Of a stretch of 64,000 bases of DNA, positions 41,098-54,230 are shown one piece after another. Source of the stretch: Octopus sinensis. Taxonomy: Eukaryota. Both the position numbers and the translations under genes were made by a program. A model generated the notes under the pieces. That model was not told the DNA's origin and did not search any database. It saw only the letters and a list, made by a program, of their open reading frames with translations. Location: NCBI RefSeq assembly GCF_006345805.1, contig NC_043009.1, positions 5,766,001 to 5,830,000 on the forward strand. The letters run 5' to 3'. Within the stretch, counting starts at the first letter, position 1; every line of letters begins with the position of its first letter.

Positions 41098-41599
41098 GCG
41101 TACGTACACTTTGTTCTCTTATATGTAAGTACACATTTTACTAGATCTTGTACGATTCTATTTCTATCGACCCTTCAACGCCTATTGGTTCATTCCACTC
41201 TTCGTTCTTTCGTTCCCCCTCTCTCACATTTCTTTTCCTTCTCTTCTTACTCACTTTCCCTCCACTTTTCACTTCGCTATGTCCCTGTTTTTTTTCTCGC
41301 CCCTCCTTAATTCTTCTGTCCATATGCTTCTACAACTCTCTCCCTTCACTTTCCCCTTCTTAATTTTTTTGTTCCTCTGCTTCTATTTTTCTCTCTCTTC
41401 TCTTTCCACGTGAGCGATAGGCCACATTGCTCCTTCTTTCTGGGTCTGACCGTGGTCCGTGCAACATCGATATTCTTCCCTGCGTCTGTAAAACTATTGT
41501 ATCTCTGCCGTAAGGCTTCATTTCCACACACGAGAGCCTACTTCGATTCATCCCCAGTCGAAAGACAAATGTTGTTATGTCCTGTTATTATTATTGTTA

Positions 41600-41912
41600 T
41601 GGTATTTATATTGCATTTATATTTGTGTAGCATTGTCTGGTTTTCCGTCCTTGCATTTGTATACCTTCGATGCTTTCTTCCAAGGAATCTAATGCTCTTA
41701 GCTTAGTCTTTCTTTGGGGCTGGCCAGATTGGAGCAATGTCAAGATTAATCAACCGAAATTGCGAGGATGAACTGGTTCTGGACTGAGGATTGAAAGCTT
41801 CGAATGACCCGTCCTTGTTTTTGTTTGTATCATCTATCTGGATGTTTTGTTGTCCCTTTTTGTATCACCTAGTTGTCCAGATGTTTTGCGTTATTGTCCC
41901 ATTTTGTATTAT
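41600..41912 (+). repeat. Dispersed repeat family E, copy 3
   Basis: Homologous to 5640-5900 (reverse) and 36195-36335; ends at (AT)n. Confidence 0.75.
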
Positions 41913-42129
41913 ATATATATATATAACAGTAATCGCGAAATTCCGTACACTTTCGTAGTGTGTATTAATACTGCAAAACTACCAGAATTCAACATGCAGA
42001 TGGGCTCATTGAATTAACATGCAGTTCAATGCTATGTTCTTTGAAGTACTCTACTATCGGCAATGAAACATACTACAATCGGAATACATGGGAGCAGGTA
42101 TTAGTGTAATGCTAGTGTCAGGGCTGGTG

Positions 42130-42645
42130 TGTGTCCTGGAAATCCACATGGTTAATGAGGCAACATTCAATGTGCCTATTACCAAGATGGCGACCCTATG
42201 AAGGTGAGTAGTCAGATGGATTTTGAGATCAATCAGACCCTTCAAAAAGGATACAAAACTCTTCCAATTGAAAACTTTTGCTCTTAGGTGTCTGGATCAC
42301 TGCATCTAAATCTCGCAGAGCGTTAAACGTGAGGTAGAGCTTGAGACAATCCAGCGCCACTAAAAAAAGGTATACTGACTCAGTGAAAAAAATGGGCTAC
42401 TGTGACAGGCTAAAAGAACTGAAGTTCTACTCCCTAGAGAGAAGGCGCGAAAGATATAGTTTGATATACATAGGATAGATCTTGCAGTGCCTAGATCCAA
42501 ACCTTGGAATTGGAAGGTGTACCAACCATCGAACTGGACGGCACTGCATAGTACCAAAGTTACTGTCTTCTCCATCTGCATTAATTAACCACTGCTGTAA
42601 CAACTCGGGATTCAATGGTTTATAACTGTTCAACATTCTTCTTTC
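42130..42645 (+). mobile_element. CR1-group LINE relic, RT C-terminal region
   Basis: From 42392: MGYCDRLKELKFYSLERRRERYSLIYIG*ILQCLDPNLGI..RTGRHCIVPK; upstream ELETIQR. Matches the LERRR motif region of CR1/L2-group RTs. Confidence 0.85.
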
Positions 42646-43965
42646 TTTATTGCCCACAAGGGGCTAGACATAGAGGGGACAAACAAGGACAGACAAAGGG
42701 ATTAAGTCGATTAAATTCAGAACATAAAGAATACGAAGACACCCTCCTAATAATTTTGTCCGACGCACTAACAACCCAGCCAGTAGGCTGCATTCAGTCT
42801 GTTAATAATTTACGTTCTGAGTTCAAATTTCACTGAGGTCGACTTTGCCTTTCATCCTTTCGGGGTCGATTAAATAAGTACCAGTTACGCACTGGGGTCG
42901 ATATAATCGACTTAATCCGTTTGTATGTCCTTGTTTGTCGTCTCTGTGTTTACCCTCTTTTGGGTAGTAAAGAAATAGTTGGGTATTTCGTCTTCCCTAC
43001 GCTCTGAGTTCAAATTCCGCTGTGGTCAAGTTTGCCTTTCATCCTTTCGGGGTCGATTAAATACGTAGCAGTTACGCACTGGGGTCGATATGATCGACTG
43101 AATCCGTTTGTCCTCTATGTGTTTAGCCCCGTGTGGGTAGTAAAGAAATAGGTATTTCGTCTGTCGCTACGTTCTGAGTTCAAATTCCACCGAGGTCGAC
43201 TTTGCCTTTCATGCATTCGTGGTCGATAAATTAAGTACCAGTGACGTAGTGGCATCGCTCCAACCGACTGGCCCCCTCCTCCCAAAGTTCGAGCCTTGTT
43301 TCTAGAGAAGAAAAGATTGTAGAGAAAAGATTCTAGAGAAGAAAAGATTGATTCTATATTAGACATAAGGCAAAATATTTTGGTGTAAAGTGTGACCATG
43401 GATCTCAATGCATGAACGGTAGTTTATTTTATCGGCTCCCGGAGATGAAGGGCCATGTTAAACTCTAGAGTAATGAATTTGTGATAAATAACACATAATT
43501 TTATCCGACGCCTAACACATCCTCTTAGCCCCTTGCCTGCACAGGTTCCTAATTTTGACCCATGGTTATCAGTTTTGGAGGAGGGGAGTCGATAACGTCG
43601 ACCCCAGTGCTCAATTGGTGCTTATCCTATCGACCCCCGAAACAATGAAAGGAAAATTCGACTCCGTTGGAATTTGAACTCAGAGCGTAAAGATGGACAA
43701 AATGCTGCTAAATATTTTCCCCGGCATGAGACGATTCCGTAGCTCTTTCAGTTTATTAACATTCCTAAGCACAAAGATTGATATTTGTGGGAAGGGGCAA
43801 GTCGATTACATCGTCCCCAGTATTTAACATGTACTTCTTTTATCGACCCCGAAAGAGATGAAAAGCAATGCTGACCTCAGCGAAATTTGAACTCAGAACG
43901 TGCAGACGGACGAATTGCCCCTAAGCTTTTTTCCCGGCGTGCTAATGATCCTGCCAGATCACCGC
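42645..43965. mobile_element. SINE B/B' cluster: minus tail, three plus copies in tandem (about 42810-43310), then two or three minus copies
   Basis: Repeated family B core in both orientations. Confidence 0.9.
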
Positions 43966-45329
43966 CTTCTACAGTTACAGAGAATACTAATATTCTCTTT
44001 CAAATAATAATAATAATAATAATAATTTCAGCAATAAACCTTTTTATTAATATAAAAATCAGGATTGTTTAAGGAATTTCAGTCTACCATATTATTTTCC
44101 TGCAATATAATCGAGTTTTATATTATTAGGAGACAACCTTTACTTGACAACCAACTTCAATCCGAGAATATGAACGTAGAACCTAGTAAATTTAGACACC
44201 AGACTAAATACTGGGAATTGTTAAATCTCTACTTGTCCATTTCTTTCAGCTTGCTGCTGCTCATAATAATAATACTAAATGAAGATACTAATTTCAAATG
44301 TCAATTAGACAAAATCGCCTCCGTTAAATGTATGTTATTGTCTGAGCGCTTCACACGATAATTGCAATGGCAATGTTCAACTTCGCTCGCTGTACCAGCC
44401 ACGACTAACTTTGTCACAACCTAATGAGCAGCAGAGTGAAAAATTCTGTGATCAAAAATCTTTAGATCACTTATTAAGGTAGGATAGAAGGAAAGGAAAA
44501 AGTGGTTAGAGTGTAATTAACGACCTGCCAACGAGAAAATACCTGCTGCTTAATCATGCGAAACGCAGCACCAGATCGGCAGCAGCTCCTAATTATGAGG
44601 TTAATAAAGGAATCAGTGAAGTCAGGCATATTTTAGTGCATCACCGTAAATTATATGAAAGAAATTGGGAACGATGTTAAGGACTATGTGGCCAATAACG
44701 CACGTTTATTATAATCTCTGCTATCCTTATTGAGGTATAGGATGTTTGACGGAGTGTATATTTAAGGATTGGATTCTTATATACGTATGTGTGTGTGGGT
44801 GGGTGTAGTGATTAATTTTCATTGGAAAAGCGAATAAAATTGAAGGTATAATTACCTAAATCATATAAAGAATATAACGAAATATCACGCACAATCGCTA
44901 TCTGTAATAAACATATTATTAAGTCAGTTAAGGATGAGAACTGATATATTATATATCCCTTTTGTGCATGTATGTATGTATGTATGTACATGTATATGTA
45001 TATATATATATAAGGGGAGAAGGTGGAGAAAGTTATATATATATATATATACAGAGAGTCAGACAGACAGACAGCCAGAGTGAGAAAGAGACATAAATAT
45101 ATGAAAGTGTGTGCTCGTTCCAGCTTGTGTATACACGTACATACTGTATTTAAAATATGTAGATATGTATACATGGAAATGTTTATGCCTAACGTTTCAT
45201 GTTTGCGTGGTTTTCTTCACTATAACAGTATGCCTGCATGTGTCTGTCACTCTCCTTTCATTACACGTGAAATATATATTATATATATATATAAGCATGT
45301 ATGCACACACACGTATACATACATACATA

Positions 45330-45435
<106 letters not shown>

Positions 45436-45751
45436 TGTGTGTGGTGTGTGTTCAAGTACGAATTAGAAGCAGTCCGATGTATATACGCAAAATCCTACAC
45501 ACATACACTAGTTGTGCGTGTCCTAATAATGTGGGGCGATCGCATTTTATGCCACAGAGAATATATTCTCAATGTGTCTGGTGTTAAACACACCTGAAAG
45601 TAAGTTATAGGCAAGCAAGAAGGAACATGATGTCAGTTGTCCCACTTGCCTATGACTTTCTGGTGTTTCTAACACAAGGCGTATTTAGATTGTATACTCA
45701 TACGGCTATAACTCAGCCGATCCACAGACTTTGGGTAAATATGTTCGATTT

Positions 45752-45783
<32 letters not shown>

Positions 45784-45788
45784 CATAC

Positions 45789-46119
45789 ACCCTTCGGACA
45801 TGACTGACCGTGGGATTGCACCTAGAAAGTTACCCTCCCACGCACAAATCCGGGCAAGGTTGTTTATGGAAAACCAACAGTCGCCCATGCATACCGGCCT
45901 CCCCTTTCAACGCCACCAGTATTATCCAAGGGAAAGGCAACAGCAGATACAGCTTGGCACCTGTGACGTCGCAACTCATTTCTACAGCTCAGTGAACTGG
46001 AGCAACGTGAAATAGAGTGTCTTGCTCAAGAACACAACACGCAGCCCGGTCCGGGATTCGAACTCACAAACTCACCATCGTAAGCTCGACGCTGTAACCA
46101 CTAAGCCATGTGCCTTCAC
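45789..46119 (-). mobile_element. SINE family C, full length
   Basis: A box TGGCTTAGTGG, B box GAGTTCGAATCC, gtgttcttgagcaagacact body, (ATGT)n tail. Confidence 0.88.
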
Positions 46120-46148
46120 ATACATAGTATACATATACATACATACAT

Positions 46149-46192
<44 letters not shown>

Positions 46193-47199
46193 TTATATAT
46201 ATATGTATATATATATGTATGTATGTATGAATGCATGTATATACACATTTCAGTTCTTCACATATACATACATATATATATACATATTTCTCTTAGAACA
46301 ACGCTACCCGTTCATTCAATGTATCATTTCCAAAATTTGCAGATCTGAACTCATCCCAGAAAGCATATGTTATTTTCAAGTTTCGGGGTTGAAATTCAGG
46401 AAAAGTGAAGTTGAAAGAATGCTAGTTGCAATTACGTGTCATTAACGAAGAAGTATTAGTGTCAAGTTCAAACTCACTGTTAGTTAATAACTTAACACCC
46501 TATAATTTTCTTTCGCTAATTTTCTTTTAATTTTTCATCAGGCATTTTCTTCTGCAGACATGTTCTGTCATTATTTAAATTTTCTCTTATTTAAATTTTC
46601 TCTCTTATTTAAATTTTACACTTCTTGTTTTCTCTCTTCCTTTCTTTCCTTCTTTCTTTTTTTCTCTCGCCCCATTTATCTATGATACACTTGTCAAACT
46701 TTACTGCTTACAATTATTCATACATATCTTTAAAATGATAGAGTATTCTTTAGTATAAGGAGATGAAATGCCCACCTTTAAATATAAGACCATCAGTTAA
46801 AGCTACTACGATCATTGTATAGAAATGTTTCTTCTCTCATGAGCACAGACCACGACCAAGAACAAAAATTTAGCAGTTGAAATGACAGGTGACTACGTGA
46901 AGGTCTTTCAGCTACGTTCTTCAGTCCATCCACTGATTATATTGGGAGGTCGAAGGTCTCCGGTATAGCAGTATATTTAGTAAGACAAATAAGACCACGA
47001 CTATTTATGACCGTCAACTTCGCACTCTTCCCTCATACTGTCCGATGTCTCTTTTATTATAGTGACTAGGACATACCACTCGTATGTAGGGGTGAAGAGA
47101 AGTAGGAGTGAAGAGAAGTAGAAGTCGGAGCAAGAGTGGAAATTTGGGTGGGAGGAAGTAGGAGAGAGGGCGAGAGAGGCAACGGGAGGAAGTTAGATG

Positions 47200-48310
47200 A
47201 AGAGGGGAGGAGAGTTGAGCCCAAATGGCGTAAAGGAGCGAACAGAGAAGATTAATCCATGTTCACGGCGCAAACGGGAGTCATGATGGCCTCTGTGCAA
47301 GGAAAATTCGAATTCGGACAGGTGTTACAAAGCGTGGACCGGTAGAGCGGACATGGCGTGAGACCGGGTTGTCATTGCCGAGGCGAATGTCTCGGAGGTG
47401 TTTCGCGAACCGATATACAGAGAATGGCAGAGAGAGCAGGGGATGCAATAGATGATATTGGTGGAGGTGCAGGTAAAGGAGTCGGTGATACGATAGAATC
47501 GATGATGGGTGCCAGTGAGGAGGGTGGCGTTGGAGAGGTAAGGGCAAGTGCGGCAGCGTGGGCGGGAGCAGGGGAACGAGCCAGGTTGGGAGGTAGGTTT
47601 GGGGAAGAAGCTGTGGACCAAGAGGTCTTGTAGGTTGTAGGCTTGTTTGAAGAAGGGGAGGGGTCGGTAATGGAAGATGTGTGAAGTGAACGGGTCAGAC
47701 TGGAGGTGCCGGAAAGGTCGCAGAACGGTGCGTTGGAGAGGTAGGGTGGTGGGGTGGTAGGTGAGGGGAAAAGGAGGCGGGAGACTGCAGGGCAGGGTCG
47801 GGGGAGAGAGCAGAAGCACGGCCCATTGAACGTGCTCTAGCAAGGGCGGTGTGGATAGTGGTGAGGGGATATCCACGTAGGATGAAGTGGCGAGTCATGA
47901 GTTGAGACTGAGTCTCAAAGTCATGGTCGTCACAACAGAGTCTGCGTAGACGTAGGAATTGGGAATAGGGGATGGAAAGCTTGGTGTGTTTGGGGTGGGA
48001 GAAGGAGAAGTTGTGGTATGAGTGTGAGTCTGTGTGTTTGTAGTGAATGGAGGTGGTAAGAGTGGAGTGATGAATGCTGTCCGAAATGTCAAGAAAGGAG
48101 ACAGAGATAGTGCAGGAGAAGTGGAGGGGAGGATGGAAAGATTCGACGAAAGAGAGGAAGGAGTCTAGATGTTCGCGGGAGAGTGAGGTGGCACTGATAC
48201 AGTCGTCGATATAAAGGCCATATAGTTCGGGAGTGGGACCAGTGAAATTAGAGAATATTTGGGCCTCAACATAGCCAACGAACAGGTTCGCATATTTGAG
48301 GCCCAAAATT
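47200..48310 (-). mobile_element. 5'-truncated Penelope-like element, RT core plus GIY-YIG (Neptune-like), frameshifted
   Basis: KYANLFVG..LYIDD..SFLDI..YKHTDSHSY..SHP..SIPYSQFLRLRRLC..RGYP; then CSRPRCRTC..FTCTSTNIIYCIPCSLCHSLYIG and end RREHGLIFSVRSFTPFGLN. Confidence 0.95.
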
Positions 48311-48529
48311 TCGATCAACAAACAAATTAATTAACTACCATCGGTTATTTTTGTCCCTCTGAAGGTTATTCCAATCGCTAACACACACACTCACACACAC
48401 ACACGCACACACACACACACACACACCACACATATATATGTATGCATATATATGTAAATTTATATATATAATGTGTGTATATATATACATATATATATAT
48501 GGACACACATACATATACATAGTCTGTAT

Positions 48530-48765
48530 ATCTCTCTTTTACTCTTTTACTTGTTTCAGTCATGTGAATGTGGCCATGCTGGAGCACCGCCTTTAGTCGA
48601 TCAAATCGACTCCAGGACTTATTCTTTGTAAGCCTAGTACTTATTTTATCGGCCTCTTTTTTACCGAACCGCTAGGTTACGGGGACATAAACACACCAGC
48701 ATCGGTTGTGAAGGGGACAAACACAGACACAGACACATAAAACACGCACATACACACATACATAC

Positions 48766-48843
<78 letters not shown>

Positions 48844-48910
48844 TCAGACGGGCTTCTTTCAGTTTTCGTCTACCAAATCCACTGACAAGGCTTTGGTCGG
48901 CCCGAGGCTA
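48530..48910 (-). mobile_element. SINE family A, 5'-truncated, expanded internal (AT)n
   Basis: Homology to other family A copies. Confidence 0.88.
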
Positions 48911-48986
48911 TATATATATGCTATATATATAAGTATGTATGTGTATATATATAATATATATATATATATGTGTGTGGTGTGTGTGT

Positions 48987-49030
<44 letters not shown>

Positions 49031-50599
49031 TGTGTGTGTCTGTGTGTGTTTGTGTATGCATATATATATACATATATACATACATACGCATATACTGAAT
49101 AGATTTTTAAGCGAGTGTAGTATTTTTTTCCCTTATGAAATTGAGCTGTAAATAAATGATATCTGAATAAAATAAATCTCACTGAAAAAACAAAATGCAA
49201 CAGAGTCACAATGTAGTGGGCGTGTCCACTTGCAAGAACTGACTTCTTTGTTCTATTACATTCAACTTTTCTATTGAACTACAAGTAAAGGTGTTCTATC
49301 TCATTGTGAATGCTTTCTTATTTAGTATTGATTTGAATGTAGATATCTTGCTTCTACGTATTGTATCTTAGCAGGTTTGGGTGGCAACATTTTTCCATAA
49401 ATCACATGTGATGATTTAACAGCCTCCTTCATATTATACCTTTGTTTATTGAAAATGTTCTTACCTGCCTTTTTTGTGTTTTTTTTTTAAGAAAAAAGAT
49501 TACTGCTTTAGAGAATGACAATAATACTTAATGATACCTGAAATATACTTTCTCATGTGTATCTCAGTACAAACACTCCTAAAATTGCTACTGCAAAATT
49601 TTGAGAAATGAGTTGTGAACAATATAGTATTAGCTTTGTAACGTGATCTTGAACTGGAAATTTAGTAGTTTCCCAGCTTATACCACAGGCACATCCAAGC
49701 CTTCCATAAAAATAAAAGAACATGAAATATACGTACGCGACGACATAATGCTTCCAACTCACATCCATGTCTTATGTCTTCAGTAACTGAATTACCCACG
49801 CACAAACGTTGTTGTATATCCTTTTGTATAAAACTGAAATGGTTTCACTGCTTTTGTACCTTTATAGTTTGGTAGACATACTGTCCTCTCCGTTTCAATA
49901 CAGTACCAGATAATTGGCAAGGAGATATTATGATCTCATACATTCCTTTAAATTCTCTATATATTCCTTTAAAGGAAGAACCGAAATTCTTGTATAATTC
50001 AGCTTTCTCCTGTCTGATATCCGTAAAACCCTATTCAATTTCGATTTTATGTTAATTATTATTATTATTAGCGGTAAAATCACACATTCTCTTCATTTCC
50101 AATCACCCAAATTTTTTGTGTACATAGTACTAAGTACTAAAAGGCAGAATTCTCGGGGAAATTTCCTTGGTGTATACAGTGTAGAAATGAATATAACATC
50201 GACAGCAAACATGGAGGTGCCCGACGTGATGTTGAAGTCTCAAAGTGGAAGTTCCGTTTATCTCTAGAACCATGATTACAGCATTTACTTAAACTGAAAT
50301 GTGAAAAGAACTAATTGCCCAAATATAGATGCCCTCCTTCTCATAATATCCTTTTTCTCTGCGAATATCCTTCAAAACAATCAGTCATTCTAGCATAAAC
50401 TCACTTTTCTACACTTCATTGAATGCATCTGTTTCTTCAACCAATCTTGGAAATACTCCAACATATAACAAATCTTCGCTCCCATTTTCGAATCACACGT
50501 TTCACCCTCCATCGTTCTTGACGATGTTAGTATTTACAGCTGCTCATACGATTTCCTTTCTAATATTCTTACTGCAGAAACCGAATCGTATGCAGTCCC

Positions 50600-51220
50600 G
50601 AACTCTCTACATATACTAATTTTATCCCTATCACGATAACTACTTACTATCTCAAGGACTCAATGGTACACCATGTAAACTTACTAGCCCTATCTCGACC
50701 TGTCGTATGATATGAATTCCTAGCAATATATTATGCTTGTTTCTTGCCCAATCAGAATTAGCTGTGACCAATATAACACAATATATTGCATATGCCCCAG
50801 GATGTTTATATCCGAAGCAAAACATTGTACGTTACCCAAGTAATACGGCCTTCCATTGCAAAATGCATGGCTCTTACGCCGCACACGCCAGCAAGAGGCC
50901 TAGTACATATCATATTTCTCTCACCATGTAATTCTATGCATTTTGCAATATCAAAGACTACATCAATGGAAGGATGTATTGATACCACATCCATTCCACT
51001 TACGACGTAGTCATTGAGGTAGCATGTGTTGTTGCATTCGCGGATCCTGCAAAGGAGGCCTTCAGAACTATCACATGCATCTGATGGTGACTCTATTAAG
51101 GAGTGTAGGTATTGTGAGAGGAAATATGATATCTTGTGGTTGTTAGCATTGTTGGCACCACAAGGGGGACGGGTAAGTGGCCCAAGTACATGATCGTACA
51201 TGAAATATATATGATGAACT
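50600..51220 (-). mobile_element. Penelope-like RT N-terminal/finger fragment
   Basis: ORF 50806-51201: DHVLGPLTRPPCGAN..ISYFLS..CDSSEGLL..I..N..VVSGMDVVSIHPSID matches the PLE RT pattern RP.CGA / STE.LL / SMDV.ALYPSI. The left boundary is approximate. Confidence 0.75.
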
Positions 51221-52884
51221 AACTACTTATTCTCTCAGATGTAGCACGGAATTGTGTCTGTGAACAGGTCGCGGTTTCCAAGCGACCAAAATATTTTGAA
51301 GTGAAACTAATTTTGTTTCTGTGCGTTCTTAAATGTCTTACAAATATCTTCCATGCTGAAGGGAAATCCCTTCACTAAACAAGGTTTTCGAAACTTGTCT
51401 TTATACATATATATTCCCTTCTAATTACCGAAAGCTGAACAGTTATCTTCTTTATCCATAACAATAACAATAATAACGATAACCAATTACCTCCCTATAT
51501 TTATCTACTTGTGAAGTCATTCACTCGTGAATTTCATCACACACAACATGGACAAAATGTTTTCTTTAGAAAAAATACATGTTCAAATAAGTAAGACATA
51601 ATATCATGAATAGCGATAGCGAACCCGGTCGATATATTAAAAGTTATATTGAAACTATGTAAGTGTGCGTATTTTCCTGCTTTTAATTTATTATATATAT
51701 ATATATATATATATATGCCTTCGAACGAGTACGTTCTGATATATCTGAAGAAAAGACTGCACGGCAGGGAAAATACGTTTTTGTTTAGTACTCTTCTGAA
51801 TCTTTGTCCAATCACCAATAAGTGAGCGGCTGAGTATGCCTGTGAGTATGTTTGCGAGTGTGTATATGTTGTCGTGTGTGCACATGTCTACACCATTTCC
51901 GATTTGTAATTATTTTGTGATTCAATTTTGGGAAACATGAATCCAACGGCGCTATTGTTCACCAATTGATATCAAATGAAATTCATAAATAAAATATACG
52001 ACATTGCTTTCATATAAGTGTCGCTCATGTACTGTATAACCCGTTTCAATTATATAAGCAGACAGAAATCTATTGTTTCCACTAGCAGTAAAAGAAAAAA
52101 AAACACGATATTGTGGAAATTAATGTTACTGAGATTACAAATAAGTTGCAGCATATAATTTAGTTATTAATAATGTTTGGTAATTAATGTTTTCTTCATT
52201 ACTTTAAATTGAGAAGAATGATGTCTAATTTCTGTTATTTATAAATTTCAATAAGATAACTACAATAATATTGAAGTGTTCAGTTTTAATAACCGTATAT
52301 TCTAAAACGCAAGACAGAGGTCTAAGGTAATCAGGCTTATTCAAGATTATGTGGGACGTGAATGTGGGAATAATTTTACAATGGTTTTCTTTTGAAAGCT
52401 GAGTTCAAATCTACCTAATTTTACCCGAGCATCCACACTTTGATAAAATAGGTATCAACTAATAACCGGGATTCTATTGATGCGAATATGTAATTTCGTA
52501 ATGTCTTCTTATGACAGTCCTGGAAATATGTGAAAAACTATATTTAATATGCATGTCACGAATTATTAACAATACAGGAGGTCAACCGAATGTTGATTTT
52601 CCTAGGGCATTCATTGCAAAAAAAAAAAAAAAAAACGCTGGCCTAATCAACATAAATCATTGTTTAAATTTTAATTATTACTCTAGACAAAAGTACCTCA
52701 TTCGCTAGTCTGTCACGTTCTCAGTAAGAACTTATTTTTATGAGATGGAAAAATATAGTAGCTCACGTTTCAAATATACTGTGTATTCTTTTTCTGCAGC
52801 TCAAGGAGTCATGAGGGGCCGAAATAAGAACATTCCCATGAATATGGTCACCGATCCAATGCAGGAACCATGGCCAGCAACTCT

Positions 52885-53310
52885 GATGGGAAAAGAACAG
52901 GTCGATTATATCCACCCTAGTACATGACGCCGAGGAGTTGAAAATCAAAGTTTGCCTAGGCTAGATTTGAACTCAGAACTTGCCTAGGCTAGATTTGACC
53001 TGGAATAAATGCTTCTAAGTATGTTTTCCAAAGTTCTAACGATTTCGCTAGCTCACTACCTATTTCTTTACTACCCACAAGGGGCTAAACACAGAGAGGA
53101 CAAACAAGGACAGACAAACGAATTAAATCGATTACATCGACCCCAGTGCGTAACTGGCACTTAATTTATCGACCTCGAAAGGATTAGAGGCAAAGTCGAC
53201 CTCGGCGGAATTTGAACACAGAACGTAGCGGCAGACGGAGTACCACAAAACATTTCGCCCGGCGTGCTAACGTTTCAGCCAGCTCGATGCCGTTCGCTAG
53301 CTCACTACCA
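52885..53310 (-). mobile_element. Full-length SINE B (53061-53292) inserted in the head of an older B-like SINE, with 17-bp TSD
   Basis: ttcgctagctcactacc at 53044-53060 and 53293-53309. Confidence 0.88.
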
Positions 53311-53559
53311 TGCAGTACATGCAGTACTGAGGCGGCAGTACATTTTCATGGAATATACCAGTCTTATATTTCCAAATAAGTACGTAATATACGGCATATG
53401 ATTTAGATGTATACTGCGTGTACAATGTATTGGACTTTCAATGCGCAGCTAATGATTTCAAAACATTGGTGGCTATAAGGAGATTACGGTAATCTTAAAT
53501 ATATCATTACTATAGTTATAAAAAGTCATAACAATTCTTATTCCAGGGGACGGCTCTAA

Positions 53560-54230
53560 CAATAATTTGAATGCGCCCAAATGCACATTGCACATTGCTT
53601 GTCCACGGATGACTAGGCTGCAGAAAGCAGTCGGGAGGCGAAAACATTTTGCAATCTCACAAAGCAATAAAATTCTGTGTCAAACTGGGCAAAAACTCCA
53701 CAAAATCTTATGAAATGCACGAGATTTGTTTATGGATTTACTTTTCCGAACCGAGCATGTTTTTCTCTTGCACAAGAGACCAGAAAATGCAAATCCACTG
53801 GGGAACTCACGATGGTTCCTTTTTTAGACAGTCAGAGCATCATTTACATCGCCGGAATCCCTGCGGCCAGATGGTCAACAAAGATTACTTTGTGGAAATT
53901 CTGAGAGAGTTCTTTAAGAGATTTCGTCGTAAAAGTTCAGAGCGAATGCGTCAGGAGAATGCGTCCATCACCCTCTCTCCAATCAAGACCCTGCTCCCTG
54001 TAACCTTTGGCGTGTTCCCACGATGAAGGAAGATTAAAAGGAATTTTACAAGGATCATGACCACTTTCATCTTTGGAGACCTTCCTTGAAACCTTCACGA
54101 ATGGCTGGAACATAAAACAAGTGCATCAAAAGGCAATGATACTACTTTGAAGAAAACTCGAGTTTTGTATTTCTTTTAAAGGGGAAAATGTCTCTCCTAA
54201 AAAAGAAGTCTCAACACTTTGTATAAAATC
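53560..54230 (+). mobile_element. Internally deleted mariner transposase relic
   Basis: AIKFCVKLGKNST (HTH start), KSTGELTMVPFLDSQSIIY, GQMVNKDYFVEILREFFKRFRRK, a decayed SPDLAPCDF-like segment and a YFE C-terminus, across frameshifts. Confidence 0.85.

Noticed and set aside
42810-43310. Regularly repeated ~165-bp units resembling an array (CRISPR-like)
   Set aside because: The units are whole SINE B copies with no unique spacers; eukaryotic context and no cas genes.
46030-46119. tRNA-like sequence with A and B boxes (also 11243, 12508 and SINE A/B heads)
   Set aside because: No complete cloverleaf, and each continues into a SINE body; these are tRNA-derived SINE heads.
46885-46930. Minus-strand CUGAAGA..GAAA downstream of the Neptune-like PLE
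   Set aside because: No convincing stem II or NUH-closing stem III; the position is suggestive but the structure is insufficient.
47358-47633. GC-rich plus-strand ORF (91 aa)
   Set aside because: It is the antisense frame of the PLE endonuclease region.
51740-51785. CUGAAGA..CUGC-ACG-GCAG..GAAA
   Set aside because: The stem is offset by 5 nt from the core and there are no stems I or III.
52800-52927. Strong acceptor followed by an open frame (QGVMRGRNKNIPMNM..)
   Set aside because: The 3' half runs into a decayed SINE B' tail; no recognisable protein.
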